NCBI GenBank assembly: GCA_039804445.1
Contig: JBDLWE010000022.1
Location: 1-47,769, forward strand
Origin: Bacteroidota bacterium
GTDB taxonomy: Bacteria > Bacteroidota > Bacteroidia > Flavobacteriales > Flavobacteriaceae
Length of the DNA: 47,769 bases
Direction of reading: 5' to 3'
The notes under the pieces are model-generated. The model worked only from the letters and a program-made list of their open reading frames with translations. It was not told the DNA's origin and did no database searches. Every line of letters begins with the position of its first letter. Position 1 is the stretch's first letter. This document shows, one piece after another, positions 35,777-45,719 of this stretch. The position numbers were made by a program, and so were the translations under genes.

Positions 35777-37660
35777 ATGGAAACTAGTTTAGCATTAGTA
35801 TTATTGCTGTCGCCTTTCGTAGGTTTTTTGATAAATGTATTTTTTGGTAAAAAAATCGGAAAAACAGCATCGGGTGCAATAGGCACATTGGCAATATTTA
35901 TATCTTTTTGTGTAACTGCTTATTTTTTTGGATATATTTCGGTTGATGAAAAACCTATCGTCATTGATTTGTTTAATTGGATTCAAGTCGAAAATTTCAC
36001 TATTTCTTTTGGGTTTTTACTGGATCAGCTATCCATTTTGTGGTTGCTATTTGTGACTGGAATCGGAACTTTAATACATTTATATTCAATTAGTTACATG
36101 CACGACGACGAGAATATGCATAAATTTTTTGCCTATTTGAATTTGTTTGTGTTTTTTATGATCATGCTTGTCACTGGTTCAAACCTTTTGGTATTGTTTA
36201 TTGGCTGGGAAGGCGTTGGACTTTGTTCTTATTTACTTATCGGATTCTGGTATAATAATCAAGAATATAATGATGCGGCCAAAAAGGCCTTTATCATGAA
36301 CAGAATTGGAGATTTAGGGTTGCTCCTCGGCATTTTTATTCTTGGAATTATGTTTTCGACTATTGATTTTATGGAGTTAAAAACAGCAATGCTCAATGCA
36401 CAATTTATGAATCCGAAATGGATGGCAGTAGCAGCAGTTGCGCTTTTTATTGGAGCTTGCGGAAAATCGGCACAAATACCTTTATACACGTGGCTTCCTG
36501 ACGCGATGGCGGGACCAACCCCAGTTTCGGCACTAATTCACGCCGCTACCATGGTTACTGCCGGAATATATTTAATGACTCGTTTGTATTTCTTTTTTGA
36601 TTTAGTTCCAGATATTCAACTAGTAGTGGCAATTGTTGGCGCTACAACCGCTTTTGTGGCTGCGACAATTGGACTTTTGCAGAACGATATTAAAAAAGTA
36701 TTGGCATACTCTACAATTTCTCAGCTAGGATTAATGTTTATGGCGCTTGGTTTTGGGGCGTACGAAGTAGCAGTTTTTCATGTTATTACACACGCATTTT
36801 TCAAGGCTTGTTTGTTCTTAGGATCTGGATCGGTAATTCACGCGCTGCACGGCGAACAAGATATGCGTAACATGGGTGGACTCAAAAAAGCCATGCCAAT
36901 TACTTTTTGGACGATGCTGATTTCTAGTTTGGCAATCGCAGGAATTTTTCCGTTAGCAGGATTTTGGTCAAAAGACGAAATTTTAATGGTAGCATTTGAA
37001 CACAGCAAACCGCTGTGGATTATCGGTTCGATTGCATCGATAATGACTGCGTTCTATATGTTTAGACTTATGTACTTGACGTTTTTCAAAACTTTTAGAG
37101 GCACAGACAAACAAAAATCACATTTGCATGAAAGCCCGAATTTGATAACTGCACCGCTTGTTATTCTTGCTATACTTGCATTTTTTGGTGGAGCACTTAA
37201 CTTGCCAGGAAGTCATTGGCTGAATCACTATTTAGAGCCGTTGTTTGGCAACAAACCTCACGAAGCGCACGCTTTTGGTCAAAATGAATATATGCTAATG
37301 GCTATAGCTACAATTGGCGCATTGATAGGAATTGCAATTGCTTATATAAAATATATTAAACAAAACAAAGTTCCTGTTGCCGATTCAGAAATGATAGGCT
37401 TTGAAAAAGTTTTGTACAACAAATATTATGTTGATGAGGCTAACGACAAAATTTTTGTGAAACCAATCAATGTACTTTCAAGAATTTTTAGAGACTATGT
37501 TGAAACATCCCTTGCACTTGTTGTTGTTGGTTCGTCTACAATAATTGAAGCCATTGGATTGCAAGGCAAAAAAATTCAAAACGGAAATATTGGTTTATAT
37601 CTTTTTATTTTTGTACTCGGATTTTCGGCTATTCTCACTTATTTATTTCTAGCTCAATAA
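35777..37660 (+). CDS. nuoL: NADH-quinone oxidoreductase subunit L
   Basis: GWEGVGLCSYLLIGFW, GKSAQIPL.TWLPDAMAGPTPVSALIHAATMV. Confidence 0.97.
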   Translation: METSLALVLLLSPFVGFLINVFFGKKIGKTASGAIGTLAIFISFCVTAYFFGYISVDEKPIVIDLFNWIQVENFTISFGFLLDQLSILWLLFVTGIGTLIHLYSISYMHDDENMHKFFAYLNLFVFFMIMLVTGSNLLVLFIGWEGVGLCSYLLIGFWYNNQEYNDAAKKAFIMNRIGDLGLLLGIFILGIMFSTIDFMELKTAMLNAQFMNPKWMAVAAVALFIGACGKSAQIPLYTWLPDAMAGPTPVSALIHAATMVTAGIYLMTRLYFFFDLVPDIQLVVAIVGATTAFVAATIGLLQNDIKKVLAYSTISQLGLMFMALGFGAYEVAVFHVITHAFFKACLFLGSGSVIHALHGEQDMRNMGGLKKAMPITFWTMLISSLAIAGIFPLAGFWSKDEILMVAFEHSKPLWIIGSIASIMTAFYMFRLMYLTFFKTFRGTDKQKSHLHESPNLITAPLVILAILAFFGGALNLPGSHWLNHYLEPLFGNKPHEAHAFGQNEYMLMAIATIGALIGIAIAYIKYIKQNKVPVADSEMIGFEKVLYNKYYVDEANDKIFVKPINVLSRIFRDYVETSLALVVVGSSTIIEAIGLQGKKIQNGNIGLYLFIFVLGFSAILTYLFLAQ

Positions 37661-37670
37661 TTAGCAAATC

Positions 37671-39107
37671 ATGAATCTAACGTTTTTACTTCTATTACTT
37701 TTTGCAGGAGCAATTATTACCTACTTATCTGGAGACAAAATAGCATCAAAAGTTGCTTTGTTTTTTGGAATTGCGTCTTTTGGTGTTAGCATTTATTTAC
37801 TTCAACTTTTTAATGCTGGTGACGATATTGGATTGTTCGCAGAATGGATTGCAAATCCTTACATTGGGTTTGTATTAGCTGCCGATGGACTATCTATGGC
37901 AATGGTATTGTTGACGACATCATTAACTTCGATAATAATTTTATCTTCATTTGGTTCAACTTTCAATAATCCAAAAGCCCTTTATTCGCTTATTTTATTG
38001 ATGGCTTGCGCAATGACAGGCACATTTATAGCTGCCGACGGATTACTTTATTATATATTTTGGGAACTGGCATTAATTCCAATTTATTTTATTGCGCTAA
38101 TTTGGGGCAATGGAAATGCCGAAGATCGCAAAAAAGCAGTAATCAAATTTTTTGTGTACACATTCGCAGGATCGCTATTTATGCTGGCTGCTTTCATTTA
38201 TATGTACCAAAAAACCGCTAGTTTCATGATTAGTGATTTATATAAAATTTCTTTATCACAAAACGAACAACTTCTTATTTTTTGTGCATTCTTTTTGGCT
38301 TATGCAATAAAAATTCCGTTGATTCCATTTCATACTTGGCAAGCAAACGTATATCAAAAAGCACCAACTGTAGGCACCATGTTGCTTTCAGGAATTATGC
38401 TAAAAATGGGACTCTACAGCATTATTCGGTGGCAAATACCAATTGCACCACTTGTTTCGAAATACTATTTAAAATCATTAATAGTAATTGGTCTTGTTGG
38501 AGTTATTTATGGTTCTATCGTTGCCATTCGACAAAATAATTTAAAAAAACTTGTCGCTTATTCTTCTTTGGCGCACGTTGGTTTAATTGCTTCAGGCATT
38601 TATTCTATAACAGTAGACGGTCTTCGCGGCGCAATTTTACAAATGATTGCGCACGGCTTTGCAGTAGTAGGGTTATTTTTTGCTGCCGAAGTAATAGAAC
38701 GTCGCTTTAAAACTCAAAATATTGACGAAATGGGCGGTATTCGATCACAAGCACCAAAATTTACATCAATGTTTTTGATTTTGGTTTTAGCCTCGGTAGC
38801 AATGCCGTTAACATTTAACTTTGTTGGAGAATTTACGTTGCTGTACGGCCTTTCGCAAACAAACGTAATGTTTGCACTCTTGGGCGGTACAACCATTATT
38901 TTGGGTGCTTATTATATGCTCAAAATGTTTCAAAACGTGATGCTTGGAAAAACAAATACTACTTTATTTAGTGACTTGTCTATTTCAGAAATCATAACTT
39001 TTGCATTAATAATTGGTGTGTTATTATTTTTTGGAATTTACTCAAAACCAATTTCAGATTTAGTAACACCAGCAATTCAAGACGTTTTAGTTGTCATTAA
39101 TAAATAA
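37671..39107 (+). CDS. nuoM: NADH-quinone oxidoreductase subunit M
   Basis: FWEL..IP, KIPL.PFHTW, AYSSLAHVG, FVGEF. Confidence 0.96.
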   Translation: MNLTFLLLLLFAGAIITYLSGDKIASKVALFFGIASFGVSIYLLQLFNAGDDIGLFAEWIANPYIGFVLAADGLSMAMVLLTTSLTSIIILSSFGSTFNNPKALYSLILLMACAMTGTFIAADGLLYYIFWELALIPIYFIALIWGNGNAEDRKKAVIKFFVYTFAGSLFMLAAFIYMYQKTASFMISDLYKISLSQNEQLLIFCAFFLAYAIKIPLIPFHTWQANVYQKAPTVGTMLLSGIMLKMGLYSIIRWQIPIAPLVSKYYLKSLIVIGLVGVIYGSIVAIRQNNLKKLVAYSSLAHVGLIASGIYSITVDGLRGAILQMIAHGFAVVGLFFAAEVIERRFKTQNIDEMGGIRSQAPKFTSMFLILVLASVAMPLTFNFVGEFTLLYGLSQTNVMFALLGGTTIILGAYYMLKMFQNVMLGKTNTTLFSDLSISEIITFALIIGVLLFFGIYSKPISDLVTPAIQDVLVVINK

Positions 39108-39131
39108 TTTCAAATATAGTAAACCACAACA

Positions 39132-40502
39132 ATGAATACATTAATAGCAATTACAGGATTAGGTGTACTATGCCTTTTGTTTGAAATTTTTAATTTAAGA
39201 AAAATAATAATTCCGTTTACCATTGTAGGATTACTTGCAATTCTAGGCTTGTCAATATCAGAATTTGGCTTGAATCAAAGTTATTATAACAACATGATTT
39301 CGGTGTCAAAATTTTCGAGTGCATTCTCATCGCTCTTCATACTTCTTACAATTTTTTTGGTCGCTTTGAGTCACGATTTCTATAAAAATCAGCAAACCAA
39401 AATATCAGATTTTGTAGCCATAAAAATATTTCTTTTGACTGGTTGTGTCGCAATGGTATCTTTTGGAAACCTAGCCATGTTTTTTCTAGGCATAGAAATT
39501 TTATCGATTGCCTTGTATGTCCTCGCCGCAAGCGATCGCCTTGATTTAAAAAGTAATGAAGCAGGAATGAAATATTTCTTGCTCGGTTCATTTGCATCAG
39601 GAATTATTCTTTTCGGAATTTGTCTCGTTTACGGAGCAATTGGTTCATTTGACATGCAAGTGATTACCGAAGCAGGAATGTCTGCCGATGTTGAAGAATG
39701 GTTTTTTATAGGCTCGATATTGCTCACGATAGGATTGTTGTTCAAAATAGCCGCTGTTCCGTTTCATTTTTGGGCACCAGACGTTTATGAAGGTTCGCCC
39801 ACTTTAACAACTGCCACTATGAGCACCCTTGCAAAAGTAACGGCCATGGCAGCATTTTTTAAATTGGCAACTGCCATGCTTCCAAACCTTACCGAAGGTT
39901 CAGAAATGGTCATTGTAGTAATCTCAGTTTTATCAATGTCTGTAGGTAACATTATGGCTTTACGCCAAAATAATGTAAAACGAATGTTAGCATTTTCGGG
40001 CATTTCGCACGCAGGTTTCATGCTACTTACCTTGTTGAATACCAGCACATCAGCAGCAAATCTTTTGTACTACTCGACCGCTTATGCCTTTGCCGGCATT
40101 GCTGCCTTTAGCGTGATTTTATATGTAGGCAACACCTCTAAAAACGAAGATATTGCCAGTTTTCATGGACTAGGTAAAACAAATCCGTGGTTGGCAGTAG
40201 TACTAACTTCTGCGCTACTATCAATGGCGGGAATACCAATATTTGCCGGATTTTTTGCAAAACTAGTTTTGTTTTCACAAACTTTTCAAAACGGATATGT
40301 TAGTTTAGTGATTATTGCAGTCATCAACTCAATCGTTAGTGTGGGATATTATTTCAAACTCATTCAAGCAATGTTTAGTCATCAACCTAATCAAACCCGC
40401 ACAGCAACACCAATCTATATTTATGCCGTAGCAACAATTTCGATTATACTTAACATTGCCTTAGGCATTTATCCGTCGTTTGTGTTAGAGTTGTTTAATT
40501 AA
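39132..40502 (+). CDS. nuoN: NADH-quinone oxidoreductase subunit N
   Basis: EAGMKYF, FKIAAVPFHFWAPDVYEGSP, KRMLAFS. Confidence 0.96.
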   Translation: MNTLIAITGLGVLCLLFEIFNLRKIIIPFTIVGLLAILGLSISEFGLNQSYYNNMISVSKFSSAFSSLFILLTIFLVALSHDFYKNQQTKISDFVAIKIFLLTGCVAMVSFGNLAMFFLGIEILSIALYVLAASDRLDLKSNEAGMKYFLLGSFASGIILFGICLVYGAIGSFDMQVITEAGMSADVEEWFFIGSILLTIGLLFKIAAVPFHFWAPDVYEGSPTLTTATMSTLAKVTAMAAFFKLATAMLPNLTEGSEMVIVVISVLSMSVGNIMALRQNNVKRMLAFSGISHAGFMLLTLLNTSTSAANLLYYSTAYAFAGIAAFSVILYVGNTSKNEDIASFHGLGKTNPWLAVVLTSALLSMAGIPIFAGFFAKLVLFSQTFQNGYVSLVIIAVINSIVSVGYYFKLIQAMFSHQPNQTRTATPIYIYAVATISIILNIALGIYPSFVLELFN

Positions 40503-40580
40503 ATGAAGTTGCGCAATCAATATAGCATCGAAATATCAATTTTAAAAATATCGTTTCAAAAATATTTTTAAAAATAATTT

Positions 40581-40740
40581 GGGCGTTGTGCGCGCCCGCC
40601 GCGGCGGAGAGCGCACCCGGACTGTCCGCTATATCTTTTTTGAGGGTTTTGCCCATCTACAGACCGTCGAGCGGGCAAAACCCTCAAAAAAGGATGCCGC
40701 TACCATTCCTAACGCTTAGACAACCGTAGACCAAGTTTGC
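40581..40740 (-). repeat. Structured element copy E
   Basis: Minus strand: GCGTTAGGAATGGTAGCGGCATCC-[TTTTTTGAGGGTTTTGCCC/GGGCAAAACCCTCAAAAAA]-GATATAGCGGACAGTCC-..GTGCGC..CCGCCGCGGCGG..GCGCAC-AACGC. Confidence 0.8.
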
Positions 40741-40805
40741 AAAAAAGCAATCTCAACAATCAATACCTTACCCAAAAATAATATCTTTTCTACACAATCA
40801 ATCCC

Positions 40806-40956
40806 GCGTTAGAGGCAGTAGTGAAAATCCTTTTTTGCGACAAAAAATTATTTTCAATAACAAAAGATTTTTGTCGCATAAAAAGATTGAAACGAATGAC
40901 CCGACCCAATTCTTTGGCTCGTTGACATAAACGAGCCAAAAAATTGGGGAACGCCC
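40806..40956 (+). repeat. Structured element copy F (two-hairpin variant)
   Basis: GCGTTAG...GAAAATCC-TGCGACAAAAA/TTTTTGTCGCA stem-GATTG...CCCAATT.TTTGGCTCGTT/AACGAGCCAAA.AATTGGG-AACGCCC. Confidence 0.75.
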
Positions 40957-41040
40957 AAAAAAAATTCATCTGTTTTGTAACTTTTTTAAACGTTTGTTCG
41001 TATAAGAATTGAAGAAAATTATTAAAACTACAAATACGCT

Positions 41041-41904
41041 ATGAGACAATTAAAGATAACCAAACAAGTTACCAACCGAGAAACGGCCTCGCTCGACAAA
41101 TATTTGCAAGAAATTGGAAAAGTTGACTTGATTACTGCCGATGAAGAGGTAGAATTGGCTCAAAAAATAAAAGCAGGAGATCAAAAAGCGTTAGAAAAAC
41201 TTACAAAAGCCAACTTGCGTTTTGTGGTATCGGTTGCAAAACAGTACCAAAACCAAGGGCTTACACTTCCCGATTTAATAAACGAAGGAAATCTCGGTTT
41301 GATCAAAGCCGCACAGCGTTTTGACGAAACTCGTGGCTTTAAATTCATATCATATGCCGTTTGGTGGATTCGTCAATCTATCTTGCAAGCCTTGGCAGAG
41401 CAATCGAGAATCGTGCGACTGCCATTGAACAAAATTGGCTCGATCAACAAAATAAATAAAATGTATGCGCTTCTTGAGCAAGCAAACGAGCGGCCACCAT
41501 CTGCCGAAGAAATTGCGAAAGAGTTAGACATGACCGTGAACGACGTAAAAGAATCGATGAAAAATTCTGGTCGTCACCTATCTATGGATGCACCACTTGT
41601 TGAGGGAGAAGACAGTAACTTGTACGATGTTTTGCGCTCTGGCGAATCACCAAACCCCGATCGTGAGTTAATTCACGAATCACTGAAAACCGAAATTGAA
41701 CGTTCTTTAGAAACATTAACGCCTCGTGAGGCAGATGTTGTAAGACTATATTTTGGACTTGGCGATCAACACCCGATGACTCTTGAAGAAATTGGCGAAA
41801 CCTTTGACTTGACCAGAGAACGCGTTAGACAAATTAAAGAAAAAGCAATTCGCAGGTTGAAACATACATCGAGAAGTAAAATTTTAAAAACATATTTAGG
41901 TTAA
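41041..41904 (+). CDS. rpoD: Primary RNA polymerase sigma-70 factor, short Bacteroidota type
   Basis: [43 protein letters not shown]; 287 aa, no region 1.1. Confidence 0.95.
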   Translation: MRQLKITKQVTNRETASLDKYLQEIGKVDLITADEEVELAQKIKAGDQKALEKLTKANLRFVVSVAKQYQNQGLTLPDLINEGNLGLIKAAQRFDETRGFKFISYAVWWIRQSILQALAEQSRIVRLPLNKIGSINKINKMYALLEQANERPPSAEEIAKELDMTVNDVKESMKNSGRHLSMDAPLVEGEDSNLYDVLRSGESPNPDRELIHESLKTEIERSLETLTPREADVVRLYFGLGDQHPMTLEEIGETFDLTRERVRQIKEKAIRRLKHTSRSKILKTYLG

Positions 41905-42018
41905 ATTACTGCAACAAAATACAAATTTGTATTATTGTAGTAAATTATTAAATATTAATTCACATTACACATAGCAACAAGCAGTCTGATTAACTGTTCG
42001 TTTTTTGATTGATGATTG

Positions 42019-42046
42019 AAACTCCGGCTGATAACCGGAGTTTTTT
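42019..42046 (+). terminator. Intrinsic terminator downstream of rpoD
   Basis: AAACTCCGG-ctgataa-CCGGAGTTTTTT. Confidence 0.85.
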
Positions 42047-42274
42047 GCTTTACTGGCAAAAAATCCAGTCTGTTCGTCGAAAGGGCGACTCGGGTTTCCG
42101 GAGTCTATCAAATTTTGCAACACAATTTTTATAATAATCAATAAAACGATTGTTGACTTAGTCTACTAAAATACTAGAGAAATATCTAAACATAATTTGT
42201 GAAAATATGTGCAATTTGCGTTAAAAAAATATTCAATTAAATCTTAATTTTGTATATTAAATAAACCAACAAAA

Positions 42275-42937
42275 ATGAAAAAAACATTAATTGCGCCTTC
42301 TGTACTTGCCGCAGACTTTGCTAATTTGCAGCGAGACATCGAAATGATAAATAATTCTGAAGCCGATTGGTTTCATATAGATATTATGGACGGTGTTTTT
42401 GTGCCGAATATTTCGTTTGGCATGCCCGTTTTAGAGGCAATAACAAGGCATGCAAACAAAAAATTAGACGTGCACTTGATGATTGTTGACCCAGACCGTT
42501 ATATCAAAACATTTGCACAGCTTGGCGCAAACATTCTCACTGTGCATTACGAAGCCTGCACACATCTACACCGTACAATTCAAGCCATAAAAGCAGAAGG
42601 CATAAAAGCTGGAGTAGCACTAAACCCACATACAAACATTGATTTGCTTGAAGATTGTATTCAGGACATTGACATGGTATGTTTGATGAGTGTTAACCCA
42701 GGTTTTGGCGGACAAAGTTTTATTGAAAACACCTACGACAAAATCAAAAAACTTAAAAAACTTATAGACGCTAAAAACACACGTACAATTATAGAAATTG
42801 ATGGTGGCGTCACCGATAAAAATGCAGTTCAACTTGCAACTGCAGGCGCAGACGTTTTGGTAGCTGGAAACTTTGTGTTTAGGTCAGATAATCCTACACA
42901 AACAATTGCTGAACTAAAGTTATTGTTAGAAGTGTAA
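42275..42937 (+). CDS. rpe: Ribulose-phosphate 3-epimerase
   Basis: IAPSVL.ADF, HIDIMDG.FVPN, MSVNPGFGGQ, EIDGG. Confidence 0.97.
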   Translation: MKKTLIAPSVLAADFANLQRDIEMINNSEADWFHIDIMDGVFVPNISFGMPVLEAITRHANKKLDVHLMIVDPDRYIKTFAQLGANILTVHYEACTHLHRTIQAIKAEGIKAGVALNPHTNIDLLEDCIQDIDMVCLMSVNPGFGGQSFIENTYDKIKKLKKLIDAKNTRTIIEIDGGVTDKNAVQLATAGADVLVAGNFVFRSDNPTQTIAELKLLLEV

Positions 42938-43026
42938 GAATAATGTTTCGCCTAGATTAATAAATTTTTTCAAAACAGCACTACATAGAAAGGACATTTG
43001 ATAATATAGCGTTTATCGAATAAATT

Positions 43027-43052
43027 CTGTTAGGTTTTTAAAACCTGACTGG
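43027..43052. repeat. Short REP-like palindrome
   Basis: GTTAGGTTTT-T-AAAACCTGAC hairpin. Confidence 0.4.
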
Positions 43053-43080
43053 ACTATTAAAATACACGGTTATATAAAAT

Positions 43081-43110
43081 AAAAAAAACCTCGCAAATGC
43101 GAGGTTTTTA
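43081..43110. terminator. Bidirectional terminator between rpe and the small lipoprotein
   Basis: AAAAACCTCGCA-aa-TGCGAGGTTTTT. Confidence 0.85.
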
Positions 43111-43133
43111 AAATCTTTAGACTTGGGGTCTAA

Positions 43134-43355
43134 TTATTTTTTTACTTCTTCAGTTGCAGATGCAGCAGCAGCTTCAACAGCAGTAGTTGCAGATGCAGCA
43201 GCAGCGTCAACAGCTTCAGTAGCTTCAGTAGCAGCAGAATCAACAGTTTCTACAGCAGCATCAACAGCTCCTTCAGTAGCTTCAGCAGCTTTTTCTTTAC
43301 AAGATACTACAGTTAAAGTAGCGATAACAGCAAGGCTTAAAAATAAATTTTTCAT
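43134..43355 (-). CDS. Small Ala/Glu/Thr-rich lipoprotein
   Basis: MKNLFLSLAVIATLTVVS-C lipobox; low-complexity mature part; own TATATTTG promoter (43399-43392) and terminator. Confidence 0.85.
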   Translation of the reverse strand: MKNLFLSLAVIATLTVVSCKEKAAEATEGAVDAAVETVDSAATEATEAVDAAAASATTAVEAAAASATEEVKK

Positions 43356-43540
43356 TTTTTAAAATATAAAAGGTTAATTATTAATTCGATGCAAATATAT
43401 TAATTTATTTTTTTAAAGAAAATAAAATTTTAACTTTTTTTTATTAAAACTAATATTTCACAACGATACTTTATAACCAAACTTCGTGCCAAAAACTATT
43501 TAATGCGTATTTTATATTCAAAATTTAAAAAAAAAACGCA

Positions 43541-45703
43541 CTACAACTTTTTTTCTTGCTTTTTGGTCTTAGAATGCACCAATTTCAATTCGCTTATAAT
43601 ATTTTTAGCTCCTGCAAATTTATCAACTATGAATAAAATATATCTAGCATCGACCATGATGTTTCTGCAAATTTCAGAATCATAGTTTATATCGCTCATT
43701 GTACCTTCCCAAACCCTATCGAAATTAAGCCCAATCAGATTTCCTTTTGCATCTATTGCTGGACTTCCTGAATTGCCCCCTGTTGTGTGATTTGTTCCTA
43801 TAAAACAAACGGGTACTTTTCCGTTTTTGTCGGCATATTGTCCAAAATCTTTTGAGCTATATAAATCAAGAAGCTTCTTTGGTACATCAAACTCATAATC
43901 ACCTGGAACAAATTTTTCTATCACACCGTCTAAATACGTGGCATAATCATAACTAACGCCGTCTCGTGGCTCAAAACCTTTGACTTTGCCATAAGTAACC
44001 CTCAAAGTGCTGTTTGCATCAGGAAAAATACGTTTGTTACCACCCAGTTCCAATTGTGCCCGCATATATGTGCGCTGTAAGGCGACATTTTTTTGATTGA
44101 TTTCTTCAAATTTTGGAGCTACATTTTTCTGAAAATTTTCGGAAAGCTGCTTCGCAAATGCAAAACCAGCATCGGCATTTAGCCTAGACAGTATTGTAAT
44201 TGCATCACCATTAAGCATTGCTTTTAGTCCGTCGTAACTCAATAATTTTGAATTTTTATAGATATGACGTGTTTCGGCAGTTACGTCGGCACTCTGTAAA
44301 TTTTTAGGCAAAAACTGCTTTGGAGATTTGTTAGCATATAAATCAATTAGTTTTTCAAAAATTTTTTCGTCAACATTTACGTTATAATTTTTGTAAAAAT
44401 CGGCTTGCGCATTTATAAAGTTTGTTTTTCTATCGCTAAAGGCTTGTTCGCCTTTGCTCAGAAAAACTTGTTCGAGCTGCAAAAGTTTATTGGCTAAAAC
44501 AAGAAGTTCGGTATGACGCAATGCAATTTCTGAATAAAAATCTCGGGCAATCGCAGCATTTTTAATCTCAGAATAGTTTGTCTTGAATTCTGAAAGCAAA
44601 TTTCCATAAACATCTTTTTTATTGGCTTTTTCGACTAGTTTTTGAAACTCAATTTCTTGATTTTGCTTTTTCTGAATTGCATTCGATTTTTTGAGTCCTT
44701 GTGTTTCGCCAATCCATTTTTTCCAATAATTGGCAATACTTGCATATTTCGAAGCATATTGAATTTTGATGGCATTGTCTTTTCGCATAAAACCATCCAT
44801 GATTTTCAAGGCATTCTCGCGCAATTCAATTTTTACAGGATTCAGTTCGTCTTGGATTTGAGCCACCGCAAAACTTGGTAAATATTCTTGCGTTCGACCC
44901 GGAAAACCCATTACTAGCGTGAAATCGTTTTCTTGAACACCGTCTAGCGAAATTGGCAAAAAGTGCTTTGGTATATATGGTTTATTGTCTTTAGAATATT
45001 TGGCTGGTCTGTTATTTGCATCGGCATAAATGCGAAACATAGAAAAATCTCCAGTGTGACGCGGCCAAACCCAATTGTCGGTGTCTGATCCAAACTTGCC
45101 GATTGAACTTGGTGGCGTACCAACCAATCGAACGTCCAGAAAAGTTTCGGTCACAAACAAAATAAATTGATTTCCGTCATAAAAAGTTCTTATTTTATTT
45201 TCTTGCCAAGCTTCTTTTTTGAAACTTGCCGTAAGTTTCGTAATGTTTTCCTGAATTTTTCGCTGACGACCAACCTCATCTTCGTTGGCAGTTGTTCCTG
45301 CAAGAATTTCTACTGTTACATCATTTATACTCACAATAAACATCACATCTACGTCTTTTGCAGGCAATTCGTCTGCTATATTATAAGCCCAAAAACCATC
45401 AGTCAAATAATCATTTTTTACAGATGACAAGTTTTGAATCGCATCAAAACCACAATGGTGGTTGGTCAAAAGCAAACCTTTCGCCGAAATCATTTCGGCT
45501 GTGCAACCACCGTCAAACTGAAGCACGGCATCTTTTAGGCTTGATTTATTGGTGTCATAAATATCTTTTTTAGAGATTTTCATCCCAAGGTTTTTCATTT
45601 CGGTTTCGTTCATTGCCGATAACATACTCGGAATCCACATACCGCCTTGTTGGGCATAGGTTTGAACAAAAAGAAGAAGCAAAATAATTTTCAAGTGTTT
45701 CAT
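43541..45703 (-). CDS. S46-family dipeptidyl peptidase (DPP11-like)
   Basis: Signal peptide, GGMWIP, LTNHHCG, DNWVWPRHTGDF, TGGNSGSP, NFDRVWEG. Confidence 0.93.
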   Translation of the reverse strand: MKHLKIILLLLFVQTYAQQGGMWIPSMLSAMNETEMKNLGMKISKKDIYDTNKSSLKDAVLQFDGGCTAEMISAKGLLLTNHHCGFDAIQNLSSVKNDYLTDGFWAYNIADELPAKDVDVMFIVSINDVTVEILAGTTANEDEVGRQRKIQENITKLTASFKKEAWQENKIRTFYDGNQFILFVTETFLDVRLVGTPPSSIGKFGSDTDNWVWPRHTGDFSMFRIYADANNRPAKYSKDNKPYIPKHFLPISLDGVQENDFTLVMGFPGRTQEYLPSFAVAQIQDELNPVKIELRENALKIMDGFMRKDNAIKIQYASKYASIANYWKKWIGETQGLKKSNAIQKKQNQEIEFQKLVEKANKKDVYGNLLSEFKTNYSEIKNAAIARDFYSEIALRHTELLVLANKLLQLEQVFLSKGEQAFSDRKTNFINAQADFYKNYNVNVDEKIFEKLIDLYANKSPKQFLPKNLQSADVTAETRHIYKNSKLLSYDGLKAMLNGDAITILSRLNADAGFAFAKQLSENFQKNVAPKFEEINQKNVALQRTYMRAQLELGGNKRIFPDANSTLRVTYGKVKGFEPRDGVSYDYATYLDGVIEKFVPGDYEFDVPKKLLDLYSSKDFGQYADKNGKVPVCFIGTNHTTGGNSGSPAIDAKGNLIGLNFDRVWEGTMSDINYDSEICRNIMVDARYILFIVDKFAGAKNIISELKLVHSKTKKQEKKL

Positions 45704-45719
45704 ATGGAACTGATTGTAT

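Noticed and set aside
40706-40815. Integron attC site formed by CCTAAC...GTTAG between copies E and F
   Set aside because: No complementary inner L boxes, the right end is not GTTRRRY, there is no upstream cassette ORF and no integrase; the motifs are just the element termini.
41041-41904. Truncated rpoD
   Set aside because: A ~290-aa primary sigma factor lacking region 1.1 is normal for Bacteroidota.
42064-42106. Small GC-rich hairpins after the rpoD terminator as an RNA gene
   Set aside because: Too short and degenerate; no tRNA or riboswitch features; probably a decayed repeat.
43123-43362. 79-aa plus-strand Ala/Ser-rich ORF
   Set aside because: Antisense mirror of the lipoprotein gene, which has the signal peptide, promoter and terminator.
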